A DNA stretch of 64,000 bases, from positions 8,556,001 through 8,620,000 of the forward strand of contig CM052839.1 in NCBI GenBank assembly GCA_028534125.1, given 5' to 3'. Shown piece after piece: positions 47,414 to 61,117 of this stretch (position 1 is its first letter; each line of letters starts with the position of its first letter). Both the position numbers and the translations under genes were made by a program. This DNA comes from Lama glama. Taxonomy: Eukaryota. Below the pieces are notes generated by a model, which was not told the DNA's origin, ran no database searches, and worked only from the letters and a program-made list of their open reading frames with translations.

Positions 47414-50282
47414 ACTGGTTGCAGGAGCTGGTCCACAGAAAGCACTGCTCTTGAGGCCAGTAGACCGAGGAACTACAATGAAGCTTGGAGAGCAGGAAAC
47501 ACCCCTTGGGCTGAAGGCAGACCGAGACTGGTGGGTGGACATTCGGGGGGAGTCTGGGCATTGGGAGTGGCTTGCTGGCAGGATGGTGTGTGGTGTCCAC
47601 GTCAGGAGGGCCAAGGCAAGGCGGTCACCAGGCTGGGGCTCTGAGCTCACTGAGGGGTCGTTGGCCCTGGGCTCACAGCTGGGACCCAGCATCACTGGAT
47701 GTGGTCCGTATCCATAGTCACGGGGACAGGTGCAGCAGGAGGGAAAAAATCACTAGCACGCCGGGTCCTAGAGTGGCCCTTTCCTCTGGCTTTGTCCCTC
47801 CAGCGCCCTCTACCTATAAGGCTTAACCTCAAGCTCTCAAGCTCACTGCAAAGGAGAGATGCTTAGAGTTCAGCCTGCCAGCGTGGAGTCCAGTGACTCT
47901 GGAACTGAGAGGCAGTGAATTGGTAACTGGCATAGAGGGATAAAATATAATGCAAAGTATCAATCTGTTGATATGCTTTATAAAATTGGGATGCTTTCAA
48001 GTCAACAGTTCTTTAATTAATGGGACCCTCCCCACCCCACCCCCATTTTTATTGTACTGTGCTTCATATAGTGCTTTGCATTTGGATTTCTTTTCTATAC
48101 TTGGAGAGTTTAAAAATCCATATACTCAGATAGCCTTTGCTCCACAGCAAAGATTCATGAGTGGACTGTGGCTTCAGGAGACCTGTCTGTAGATACCTGC
48201 CTTGGGCCTCTGCACCCCCTTTTAAGACTGGAGAAGCACCCCTCAGATATGTCTGAAGTGTGAAAGCTGCTTGGAATAAAGAAAGCTAGCTTTTCTGCAG
48301 AGGAAGAATGCTCTCTTCTGAAATGGAGAAATGTTTCTTCTCCAAGTATTTGGGCTTTTTGTTTTTTTGTTTTTGTGCAAGAGTGCATGGTTAGCGTCAA
48401 CTTTCTGACTGATAGATGTCATGGTGCTGACTCTCTCAGAACCTGTGTCTCAACCGGCTCTCTGGGCTTCATCAGACGTCTTCTGTAAGGAGGGAAAATC
48501 CCGAGAAATCAAGGTGATGTTCCTCTGGAATGGGAAAAATGCAGACTGTGTTTAGTCTGGATGTCTACGTAGACCTGAAATTCGAGACATCAGAGGCACG
48601 GGCTACCAAGGAAAGCCTTGGAACTGAAATCCCGAGACCCATCTTTGTGCCCTAGTACTTACTCGTGGGGTAACTTGGACAAGTTACATAATCTGAGTGG
48701 GCCTGCTTTGACATCTGTTAAATACTCTGGAGTTCCCCTGTCTACCTTGCAGGATTGTCAGGCGGGCCAGATGAGATAGTAGATGGTTATAGTGCTTTGA
48801 GACTGTATTACCACAGTTGTAAGTATTTTTAAAGCTCTTCATTTGTATGAAATCAGATTGAAACACGGAATGTAAACCCTGACTTAGAAATAATGCCATT
48901 TTACGGATTTCATAAAAAGCTAGTCTGTTTGGTTGAGTTCTTAGAGTCAGAACTCAGAAATAATGTCCAAGATGTTCTCCATTCTGAATGTTTTCTCTTT
49001 GGATTTATATATTAATGTTTTGTTTTAACTATGTTATAAGAATATGAAGATGCTCTAAATATTCAGTGGCTGGGGCAGATACGGAAATGCAAGGCTGTGT
49101 TCTGTTAGCATTTTTGAGCCCCAGAGGAAAAGTAATTCCTCAGGCAGATCCTGTTGGATTTGAGATGGAGGCTGTTTCTCAAAAGGAGCAAAAATCTAAT
49201 CATTTGTGTCCAGATATTTCATGCAAGACTGTCTAGAAGCTTAGGTGATAAAATGGAGGTCTATAAAAATTGTCCAGGATTTTCTGTGATCACTTGTGAG
49301 AGGGGCAGTGTTGACAGTGCCCTTGGCTCACAATGGGAGGTGATATTCTTGACCAGAGTCGTGGCATTTGATGATCATGATTATGAGCAAGATACAGCAT
49401 CACAACAAGTAACACCCGTGCGTTTCTGTAACAATTACAAATAAGATTACATTTTTAGTTTTATGGCATTTAAATAATGTCACTGACTATGCCAAAAGCC
49501 GTATTACTACAATGTCCGTACACAGCATATAAATTAAAACACTCAACTGGATCATGGATTCAGCGTAATAAGCTAATATGTTCATTGTATTGAATAATAA
49601 GCATTGACTTAATAATTTAGAAGATATTTATAGGGGAAACTTGAATGATCTCATCTTCAAAGAAAGCAAAACAGAACAGATACGGCAGTCTCAGAATATT
49701 GGGTCTGACGTCCCCCTTTGCCTTTCTGAATGTTATGATGGAAAAGCCCCTGGAATCGGACGGATTGCAGTTCAGACCAGCTTTGCCGCTTACCAGCTGT
49801 GTAGCTTTGAACAAACCACTTAACCTCTTTGAGCTTTGCCTCTAGGAACACTTGCCTCATGAGGTTGTCCTACGGATTTACAGAAATAGTACTTTGTTCT
49901 CAGGAGCCACTCGAGAATTCGTACCTTCCCTTAATGTGTTCTCACTCTTGCATGTAAGTAAGGATCCTACGAAAATGGAAAAGGAAAAAAAAGACCTGCT
50001 GACACTCTTATGGGACCTGAGGTCCGTGTGGATATGCTTGGTGGAGACTCAGCTGGCCACATGTGTGCATCTGTTTCTGGACTCTGTTCTGTTCCATTGT
50101 TCTTGTGTCCATGCCAGACTCTCTTGATTGCTTGAAATCAGATCTCCTGACTTTTCCAACTCTGGATTCCCCCTACCCTAAACACTGATTAAACGTGGTG
50201 GGACTAATGACATCTCTGCCTTGTTCCTGATCTTAGGGGAAAGTATTTAATGTGTCCTCTTTAAATATGATGCTAGCTGCTG

Positions 50283-50410
50283 GTTTTGTTTTGTTTTTAA
50301 TTTTTTTTTTGCCCCCCCTCTTTTTTTTTTTTTAACGGAGGTGCTGGGGATTGAACCCAGGACCTCGTGCATGCTAAGCATGTGCTCTACTGCTGAGCTG
50401 TACCCTCCCC
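50283..50410 (-). mobile_element. tRNA-derived SINE (Vic-1-like)
   Basis: Poly-T then ggaggtgctggggattgaacccaggacctcgtgcatgctaagca...tgagctgtaccctcccc. Confidence 0.9.
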
Positions 50411-50429
50411 ACCATTGTTTTTTTTTTTT

Positions 50430-52300
50430 AATACTAGACTTTAGAACAGTTACAGATTTACCAGAAAGTGAAAAAGGGTTCCCATATACCCCACACCTAG
50501 TTTCACCTACATCTTACATTAGCATGGTATTTTTTTTACATTTAATAAACCTGTATTGATATGTACTTGAGTCCACAGTTTATTCTGATTTCTTAGTTTT
50601 TGCGTGACGTCCTTTCTCTGTTCTAGAATATCACCCAGGATACCCCGATACATTTAACTGTCCTGTCTCCACGCTCCTCTCGGCTGTGGCAGTCCCTCAG
50701 ACTCCTTGCTTTTGATGATGATAGCAGTTCGGAGGGATACTGGCCAGGTGTTTTGTAAGATACTACACAGCTAGACCTTGTCTGATGCTTTTCTCGCGAT
50801 AAGACTAGAATTACAAGTTATTAGGAGGAAGAACACAGAGGAAAAGTGCCATTTTTATCGTTTCATATCAAAAGTACATTCTGTCCATGTGATTTCTGAC
50901 CATTAATGTTAACCTTGATCACCTGGCAGAGGTGGTGTCTGTTGGGCTTCTCCCCTGGGAAGTTACTCCTTCCCCTTCCTTTATTTCCCCAGTCTCCTCC
51001 TCGGAAGGGGGTCAGTACATGCTGCCCACACCTGAGGAGCGAGGGGTTCTAGTCTCCCCCCGCCCCCGGCTTTGAAGACGGAGTATCTCCATGAACTATT
51101 TGGAATTTCTCGTGGGAGACTGGCTCTTCCCCCTCATTTAGGAACTTACTCCATCTTCTATTCAGTGTTCATATCAGTCTAAACTGATGCTTACACGTGA
51201 TGTTGCAAAGCACATGGAGATTTATCGTGCGTATTGTTTCACACTTTTGGCTACTTTATTTCTTCTGTTGCTCAAATTTTTCCAGCTTTGGCCTCAGGAC
51301 TTCTGTCGGCTGGCTCCTGCTCTCCCTTGGCGTGGCCCCACGGATGAGGTTTTTGTTATTTGTTTGTTTCAAGTACTTCCTTAGTTTCTGGTACTGCCAG
51401 GTACTTCAGATACACAAGATGAGTATTTCCTGCCCCATTCTGAGAGTCATCTGTTTGTTTTTACTGGAGAACAGTGTTAGAACCAAGATTGGGGTGCTGA
51501 GCGTGCTTGTCGCTACCAGGGTATTGCTTTTTTTTTTTTTAACGCCTTCTCAGTTGACAGCATGTAAATGCATGTGTGTTTGCTGATCTGTGTATATACA
51601 CGTGCCTGTGTGCAACCATTTTTATCTGTATTAAGGCAAACATGAGTTCACACTGACGTCTCTCACTCTCACTCGTTATCACATGGATTGTCCCAGCCTC
51701 TCCTTCTAGCTTGTCTGTAAGTGTCCACTCCCACAGCGAGACTCTGGCTCTCTCCATCCGTCATCCATGCCCTTAGTTGTTCGGGTCTGTGTATATATAG
51801 AAGCAATATTGGAATTAACTAGTACCTCCATGGAAAACCTCTTTATCAACTAGAATTCAATAGAATTTGCCTTTGATCTTCCACTCATTTCCAGGGTAAC
51901 TCAGGTCAGCACCTTGTCTTTCCACCCCTTTCAGTGGTGGGGTTTTACACATTGATGTACAGCTGGGTGCTCACATCACAGTCTGCGCTCCTTCCTGGAA
52001 TCCCCAGCTTCCTAAGTGATTTTTTTTTTAACATTTACATTCATTAAGATTCACTCTTTGGGCTGTAAAATTCTATGGATTTTGACAAAGCATAATGTCA
52101 CGTATCTGCCAGTACAGCATCATGCAGAATTTTTTTACTACCCACTCCCCCCGAAATCGCCTGTGCTTCACCTGATTCTGGGTTATCATCCCTCCCCTCT
52201 TCCTCCCAAACTCCTGGTAAACACTGATTAATGTATTCTCTCCATAGTTTTGCCTTTTCCAGAATTTCATATAATTGGATTCGTACAGTACGTGGCCTTT
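50430..52300 (-). mobile_element. Old L1M fragments
   Basis: T-rich L1 3' motifs (ttttgccttttccagaatttcatataattgga); boundaries approximate. Confidence 0.6.
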
Positions 52301-53559
52301 GTGTGCAGTGCGAGGTGCTAAGAAACATGTTGATTATCTTTAAATCATTCAGTCCGAGCGGAGCACATCGTCCCAGGGCTCCAGCTTTCTAAAACAACGG
52401 GCATCTTGGTCATCACCTTGTTTAGCGAGGGCTCTGATGTGGCTTACTTTTTTTTTTTTTAAGTCAGCTTTTCATTGAAGGGCTAGGAAAGCCAGTGAGG
52501 TGAGTGTTTTTGCACCTGTCGTAGGTTTGTTTCATGCATAAATTAAGGTGAAATATGTTATCCTTCTAGCGTTGTGTCTCCAGATCAGGGCTGATGGTGG
52601 CTGTTCTGTGTCCCTACAGTGATGATGATATTTAAAAATTAAAAGAATGTTCTGGATTAATCAGGGTGACCTCTGTATTGTGTCTTGCCCTGCGATTCCA
52701 GCCCACATTTGTACTTGCGTATGTCATTGTCTCGGATCCCAGTGGTCCTTGGCTGATGAGAAAAGAAGGTGTACTTAATAGGTAGTGATGTATTTGCTTC
52801 CAAGAGAAGGCCAAAGGCTGTCACTGTGTGCTGTATAAAGGATGTCTCACCACTGGAATAAAGAATAGCAGGCCAGCCCCAGAGGGCCGATACTTCAGTC
52901 TGTATCACATTCATGTTTGAAGCAGCAATTTACTGTTCACAAAACGAGCTTTATCTGTCAGCGTGAAATTATTGTTGTTAAATAGGATTTTAGTTTTTAT
53001 TTTAATATGAATGTGTGTTTGTAGGACTGTGGAATAAAGAGCTATAAACATAAAGAATATATACCTACTTTTTTGTTTATGTTTAAATAATTTAAGTGGA
53101 AAAATTTATTAATACTGAGGGGTGTAGAAGGATTTTTTTTAAATTCCTACCTATGTGCAACTCAAGATTAGAAAACAATGAGTTAGCAGATGGCAGGTTT
53201 TCAGTAGATACTAGTAACTGTTGTTTGGGTTTTGCATCCTATGAGCTGTCAGGAATACACTGGTGTAGTCTGGCCGTCTTCCCTTCCCCACACTTTGGGG
53301 TGCATTCGGGCCCGCAGCTTCCTCCCCTAGCCTCCCACGCCCAAAGCAGCTCTTGGCACAGGCCACACAGCTGGCGCGACTGCCAGCCCACAGACACCGT
53401 GTGTGCTGCCCTGGTTCTGCAGTGCTGCCCTCTGGGGCACCGTTCTCTTCGGGGTTTGGGATTTTTCCCCTCCTCCGTGGCTTTTAGTTTTTGCTCCTCT
53501 TCTTCTTTAAATGCTGCTGTTCTCTGACCTTCTCCCTTCACCCATGCCTCTTTTTGTTC

Positions 53560-55450
53560 ATTGTATCTTTTTTAACTTGAAGTTTTAAGTTAACACAGCA
53601 AAACTGACTGTGTGTGTGTGTAATGCTGTGAATTTTAACACATGTATGGATTTGTGTAACCATTGGCACAAACAGGACACAGGGCAGCTCCATCACCCCA
53701 AAGATCTCCCTTGTGTGGTGCTTTGTCCGTGTACCCTTCCCCCTCCGTAACCCTTGGTGACCACACACTGAGCTTTTCTCCATCAGCATGGTTTGGTCTT
53801 TTGCAGACTATCACATAAATGGAATCATACATATGAACTTATATAGTATTCCATTTTAACTGTTCTGTTGTGTTTTCTGCTATGTATCTTTGTACAAATT
53901 GTATTTGTGGTTACTAGGGATGGCAATATCTATCATAACAGACTACAGTCTACTTAGAATCAATATTTCATCACGTCAAATGGGGTATAGAAACTTCACC
54001 ACTCAGCAGACCCCTTTGCCCTTCCCTCATGTGAGTGTGATATGTTATACTTCTGTGCGTTGAAAACCAGACATGAAATGCTTGTTTTTAACGGTCAAAC
54101 AAATAATTAAAGAACTTAATGTGAGAAGAATCTATTGTTTTTACCCAAATATTTACCATTCTGCTGCTCTGCCTTCATTTCTGATGTTCCAGACTTTCTG
54201 CTGGTATGATTTCGATTCTGCCTGAAAAATCTCCTCAGTTTTTTGGTCTGCTGACTTCCAGTTCTCCTAGTGCTTCTTTGTCTGAGAATGTCTTTCTCTC
54301 ACCTTCATTCCTGAAGGATAGTTTTGCTGGATATAAAGTTCTGTGTTGGCATTGTTTCGCCAGCACGTTAAAAACATTGTTGCACTTTCTTCTGGTGTCC
54401 ATGGTTTCTGATGAGAAGTCCACAGTCTTCCAAGTCTTTGTTCCCCTGGAAGTAATGTGTCATGTGGGGGGATTACTTTCAAGATGTTTTTTCTTTCTTT
54501 ATAATGTTCAGCATTTGGGTATGATGTGTTCAGGCATGGATTTCTCTGTGTTTATCTTTTGAGGGTGTTTCTGAGCTTCTTGAATATATAGGTTTATGTT
54601 TTGTGCCAAAGTTACTTCAGATGTTTTTTGCTGGCCCCACACTCTTTTCCTCTCCTTCTGGGAGTCTGATGACATGAGTATTTGATCTTGAGCCGTTGTC
54701 CCATAGGTCCTGGAGGCCATGGTCATCCCCCTTCCTTTTCTCCTTATTCAGATTTGACCATTTCGATCGACCTGTCTTCCAGTTTATTTCCTCTTTCCTC
54801 TGTCATCTCCATATTGCTATTGAGCCCATCTGGTGAGTCTTTCTAATTTAGTTTTTGTATTTTTCAGTTCCACAGTTCACACTTGGTTCTTCTCTATATT
54901 TTGTTTCTTTGCTGAAACATTCAGTCTTTTCCTTTGTTTCAAGGGTGTTCACCTTTACTTGTTGGGGCTTTTTTATTATAGCTGCTTCAAAGTCTTGGTC
55001 AGAATTCCAACCCCTGTGTCATCTCAGCATTAGCATCTGTTGACTGTTTTTTCTCATGTTTCTTGAGATTTTCTGGTTCTTCATATGCTGAGTAATTTTG
55101 GATGAGATTTCGGATTTTTCTTAAACTTTTTTTATTGAGTTATAGTCATTTTACAATTTTGTGTCAAATTCCATTGTAGAACACAATTTTTCAGTTATAC
55201 ATGAACATGCATGTATTCATTGTCACAATTTTTTTTCACTGTGAGCTACCACAAGATCTTGTATATATTTCCCCAGATTTTTTTTTTAAATTGAAGTACG
55301 GTCAGTTACAATGTGTCAGTCTCTGGCATATGGCACAGTGTCCGAGTCATGCATATACATGCATAGAGTCGTTTTCATATTTTTCAGATGTTTTGATTAT
55401 TATGTTATGAGACTCTGGTTCTTGTTTAAGAGGAAAACTTTTTATTTGGT
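53560..55450 (-). mobile_element. L1M fragments with two younger nested L1 3' ends (about 55127-55390)
   Basis: ORF1-like remnant (tcaccttcattcctgaaggatagttttgctggatata; minus-strand ORF with LYPAKLSFRNEGE). Poly-T-headed younger L1 tails at about 55127 and 55279. Confidence 0.7.
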
Positions 55451-58400
55451 TACTATTTCTCCTTCTGTTTTCCTAGATCTTTATCCGTGCCTCCTATTTT
55501 TTTTTCCTCCCGCATTTTGTCCTCTTTAACCTTTTTTTGTGACTTCTGGGAGGTTATTCCAGCTTGTTTTCTCACTAAGTCTTATATTTAGATTACAATC
55601 TGTTGTTTAGATTACAAAGTGCCTTCACTGTGGCTTTTAATTTGACAAGTGTGTTTTTATCTTGTGCACTGTTTCCCGTGACGTAGGTCAGTCCTTCATT
55701 GCAGCTCTGTTCTGGTGTATTGGTTTAGTGTCCCCTTGAATCTTGTTTTCAAAAAAGAAACCAATTTCTCAGGTTTCTCCCTTTCTGGAAGGAGTTGTAT
55801 TTCCTAGGGCAGAAGGGGCAGGAGGAGAGGATGTCCCCTTAAATACTCTTCAGATGCTCCCTCTTTATATGCACCTGTTGGCTTATCTTCTCACATACAG
55901 GTCAGTATCTGTCTGAAGTTGGGAAGGGTTCTAACTCAGTGTACACCTCTGTTGCTCATGTTTTGGCCCAGATGAAGGAAGACTGGAAGGCCATGGGGTT
56001 GATCGTGGGGAGGAAGAAGGAGAGGAGCCTGTGTTTTCTGCCCAGCCTGGTCCACCTGTCCTTTCTTAAGATGTGAGCAGGTGTGGTCAAGGGGCTTTCT
56101 CCTAGGCCTTCAAAGTTGGAGTGCTTTCCAGAGGCTCTGCTTGGGTGTACAGCTGCCTGGCCATAGGGTGCCGTGGCTGAGGTGTGACTTTTCCTTTGCT
56201 GAGTCACCGACTGGCCTTTCCTTCTGTTCCTGGTTTCTGTAATATTTGACATCCTTTCCTAGAGTACAGAAAAGTTTATTATTAGAGGTTACCACCCACG
56301 CCATGTATAATTTCCATTGCAGAGAATAAAGGGAGTTAAACTAATGCCCTCAAGAAAAGCTCTTTTGTCACTCTTTTGTGTTTTCTAACATGTCTTCAAA
56401 TGTTATTAGTGATATAAGCAAAAGGCATAATAACATAATGACTTTGCAAGTGCCAGCATCCATTATGAGCACAAAAAGGCATCAAACTTATCTGAAAATA
56501 CACAGTACACTCTCTGCCTTTATGTGAAATTTACTGAGACTGTGATTGAGCATGGAAAAAAAATTAAACATAATTGGATTCGGATATGTTGGTACCATAT
56601 GATATTTCTTCCTGCTTTTGATTCTTTCAGTTTTGCGTCATCCTTCAGTGTCCATTTTTCCCATTCTGTGTTAGAATGGCCTTTGGTATCCAAGTTAACA
56701 CATGATAGAAACATAAGCTCCTTCTCAAAACCAAATGCAAAATACTTAGCAGGAAGCAAAGTATCAGTTGCTCTTTGGAGGGTGTACTGTCAGGAAGGGG
56801 TCTGAAAGGGTCAGCTGGTCGTTTCTCAACCTGTTCTCTGAAACCTGTGTTTCATTTGCTCATAATAGACTGCGGTCAGGGGGATTCCCACGGTAGAAAC
56901 TGCTAGGCTGCAGGGTGGGAATTCCCCCAGGGTCCCTGCCCTTGGAAATGGCCTTCTGAGGTCACAGTGACAAGTGGAGCGAGTTCTATCAAACCAACCA
57001 GCAGTGGCAGTGCGAACCTTTTAAACACTGATTGGGCAATATGTTTCAAAGTCCATGCAGCAGTGTAACCACACTTTGTTAACTTCAGGAAATGATACAA
57101 AAGAAGGAAGATGATAATGGAGGAAAGAGTTCATGGACTCATTAGGTGGCAATAGAAGGTTCTAAGGATCCCACAATGGGCTATTTTTAATGAATGTTTA
57201 TTTAATGGAATGAATATTTTGTAACCTTTAGAAATTATAACTGTGAAGACTGTGCAACAACATGAAAGAGGACAAATGATATGTTAACGGGGGCAAAAGG
57301 CTCATATATTGCAATTATATAAAAATATATATGTTTATGTCAGATCTTAGGAGGAAACCCATAGAAGTGCTTACTGGGGTGTTTGGGTAATCTTGTACTT
57401 TCCTCCCCCTCTCATTTATAAGCTGCTGTTAAATGATTTTTATCACTTAAAAATAGAGTTTTTTGGTTTTTGTTTTAACAAACAAACTAGTAATCAGATA
57501 AGGTTTACCAACCAAGATGAAAAACTGGTCTGAGATTAAAACATTAACCCCTTCAGTGTTGACTACTGATTTTCGCTTGGTTAATCTGCTACAATTTTTA
57601 AATTTAACCTCTAAGTTATGAATATTTACAAATGTAATGAGAACTTTGTCTAGAAACCCAGTTAACGTATAACAGCTGACGTATTTTATTTAACATCAGA
57701 CAAGGAATATTTTGCACTTGACTTTCTTACAGTGATACAAGCTTATCATATTGAATTTTGTATTACATGTGTGGCATTTAAAAATACCGTGCACTCCTGC
57801 TGTAATCATTTGCATGGGAACCATGTACCAAGCAACTCCAGGAAGCATAACCCTTACTGTGGAATATCCGAGCACGACATGAGGAATGGAACATAATACT
57901 CATTTTTATATCTACTGCTCTATATAAACTAGGCGTGCTGTGTGCTGACTAGACAAAACCTGAACCGTTGGATTCAAATCTTTGCATCACACTGTAGGAT
58001 GAATACTGTGTCCAGCGAATCAAGATGTCACAAGATCTAGAAATCACTTCCTCTAAGCATCAGTTAACATTTGGAGCTAATTGTCTTTAGCTGGGAAGAG
58101 AAGACTGAGGAGTTATGTGAGGAGAATTGTCTTGTGGGGGGAAGAACGCTAGAACAGTGCTGTTTTAGAAATGTAAGATGGAGTTTAAAAGTGGGCAGAG
58201 TTTCAGCTCAAAATACTGAAGCTTCTAATAATCAGAGTCACGCTCCAGCTCAGCCCTGGAACTGATTTTCCCCTGAGTTTCCCTCTGACTGGGAGTATTC
58301 AGCAAAAGGTTAAGTGTCCCACTGAGCTAGCCGATGATCTCCTAACTTCTTGCAGCTTGAAAATTTTTTCTTCTTAGTTGGTTATTTTGTCTTTCCAACA

Positions 58401-59401
58401 CGCACAAACGTAGGCCTCCCTGCCCGCCCTCTTTTCCTTCTTTCCTTGAAGATGCTATTCGCTCTGCTTATTTCTGTCTTTTGAGCTATACCTTGTGGTG
58501 CTGGTGGTCGTGGTGCTGGGTGTGTGTTTTGGTTTTCTTTATTTTTTAAAAAAGTGATGGCCTTAGAATTATGTTGTTTAATATAGTCACTAGTCACATA
58601 CGGCTGTTTGAATTTAAATTAACTGGAATATGAAAAAATACTGTTCCTTGCTTCCTGGCCACAGTGTGGGGAACAGATTGAAGGGTTCAGGAATAGAAAC
58701 ACGAAGTTAAGGTAGGACACTGCTGAGAAACACGGGAAAATTTTTGTGAGATAGTAGTAACAGAGTTTGAGAGAGAGGGTAGGATTGAGAGAGATACTGG
58801 GGAGACAGAATCGACTTAGAGTGACTGACAAATGGCAAGTCCAGTGAGGGAGAAAGGAGAGGGTGTGGGCCTGTGAGGCTTCTGTCTCAGGCGAGCAGGT
58901 GATGGTGGTGCCAGCAACCGAGGCAGGGAAGACAGGAGGGCAGTCAAATCTGGGGGAAGATGAAGCATTCAGTTTCAGAGACCTTGAGAGTCAATGTCCT
59001 TAGAAATTTCAAGGTAGAGATAAGTAGTAAGCCATTGGCTGTATGATTCAGCTATGTAGAGCAGAAAACATTCAGGTATCTTAATTTAAATATTGGTGAA
59101 CTAAAAGGCATACAAAATAGAGAAAATATGCAGAACTCTGGGAATTGCCAACATTTAAGAGGAGGAGGAGACTAGACAGGTGAAAGGAGAACCTGGAGAG
59201 TGTCCCTGAGTACAAGGAAACGGAGGCTTATGAGTGGATTGTTAAATAATAGTGAAAGATTTTCTAGGCAGGTGCTACATAGATAATATTTGACCAATCT
59301 GGCTTAGATCCACTTTTCTAGGAAGCAGCAAATTATTTGGTGCTTTGAAATTAACTCAGTGCTTTTATCTTTTACGCTCCATTCATTCACTGCCTTTCTC
59401 T

Positions 59402-59475
59402 CTTTTTTTTTTAATTTATTTTTTACATTTTTATTGATTCATAATCATTTTACAGTGTTGTGTCAAATTCCAGTG
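59402..59475 (-). mobile_element. Very short (~75 bp) 5'-truncated young L1 insertion
   Basis: TSD cactgcctttctct at 59388-59401 and 59476-59489; body matches the L1 tail at about 55127. Confidence 0.8.
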
Positions 59476-61015
59476 CACTGCCTTTCTCTTTTAAGTATTT
59501 ATCTTGCTGTGTATTAGGCACTCTCCTAGGAGTGGGAGATACAAAGATGAATACAAGTTAGTTTCTGTCATATTCTTTCTGCAAAAGAAAGGCATATAAA
59601 TAGGTAATTGGAATACAAAAATAAGGATCTCTAAGTAAAAAGAGGTTGTTGGAAGTACTGTAGGGGCTGGAAGAGAGCTCCCCCCACCCGCAACCCCTCC
59701 GTGCCTGTTAAATGCTGTGCTGTTTCACGAGTTGCCCTATTCCTGCTTCTTCACCCACATGGCCTTCAGAACTCAGCTCAGACATCATTCTGAAAGCTTT
59801 GTTTACCTTCCTCGTTTGTTCTATTTAATTCTTTAAGAAAAGTGGTAACGTATGGGACAACATATCTCTAAAGCAATCACTGCAAAAAGAGGAAGACTGG
59901 GAAGGAGGGAGGAAAGAGAACCAAAATTAAAAAAAAAAAAGAGTATGTAGAGTTTTTATATTATAAGAAATTATAAGAAATTCAAACAACACAGAAAATA
60001 CAAGGATGATCACCCAGGATCCTACCACGCAGAAATAATCATTATTGACATTAGGCCAACGTTGCCTGGATATATCCTTATAGGTTTGTGCCTATAAAAG
60101 GAGGGCTAGAAATTATTTTGCATAATTCGAATCATACTGTATATGCTATTTTAATGTTAAGTGCTTGATTTCACTTTTAAAAGATTAGCATGAAAAATGT
60201 AAACTTCACATAAAGGATTTTTTTTTTTTACAAGAGATCGTAATTCCTAAAGAGCCATCTAAGGTTAACAAAAAAATTACATAAAACTCTGAAGCTTTGG
60301 TGATTTTTATACAGCTGTAATTTCTCTGTATGTTCTACTTTTCAGCAGCTTGATAGGACTTGGCTGTGAGTGATGAAGAAATTAACAGCTCAGCTTCCTT
60401 TCACCTTTCCCCCCACCTCCCAACTCCCTTCTGATTTTTCACTTATAATTACATTGTCACTGTTTATCGCATCTGTCCACTCCTCTGTAACCTAATCCAT
60501 ATATTTGTTTATTCTCAGCTTCGTATTTAAATAGATTCAGTTTTCACCATCATCTCTTATGTCTTGGCCCCTGGCTTCTCCGTCCCAGAGTTCTGTATTT
60601 TTATTCACCTCTTGGTTGGCTCGATTTCATCATCAAATAGTTTTCTTTAGAAAGACCCCAGTGGTCCCTGAAGTCCTCTATACTGTCTGTCTGTCACCTT
60701 TACACTCAAGGGACAGCTTGGCCGGGCATAAATTTGCCAGGTCATGCTTTCTTTCCCCTGAACTTTTGACATTTCTCTTCTGTCTCCTGGAATTGATGTT
60801 GAACTAGTTTTTTTCTTTATTGCTTCTCCCCTCCTTCAACCGCCAACCTTTAAGGAATCACAGTTTTGAAAGAATATACATGAGTTCTCTAAAACCTTTT
60901 CACTCACTGTAGTTGAGAGAATTATTACTAGGAAGGACCACCACAGCTGCGATCCTCCGATGTGAGCCAGGGTATTTTTGGAGTATTAACCATGCATCTT
61001 TGTTTTCCTTTCCAG

Positions 61016-61117
61016 AGATAATTGATGACCTTGCCAACCTGGTGGAGAATACCGATGAGAAACTTCGCACTGAAACCAGGCGTGTGAATCTGGTGGACAG
61101 AAAGTCCACATCTTGTG
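61016..61117 (+). CDS. STX8: Syntaxin-8 internal exon (penultimate, exon 7 in human numbering), (E)IIDDLANLVENTDEKLRTETRRVNLVDRKSTSC(G), C-terminal half of the SNARE motif
   Basis: Polypyrimidine tract and tccag acceptor, branch-like attaac at 60985-60990, donor TG/gtaaga, 102 nt, phase 1-1. The peptide is near-identical to human STX8 as I recall it. Confidence 0.95.
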
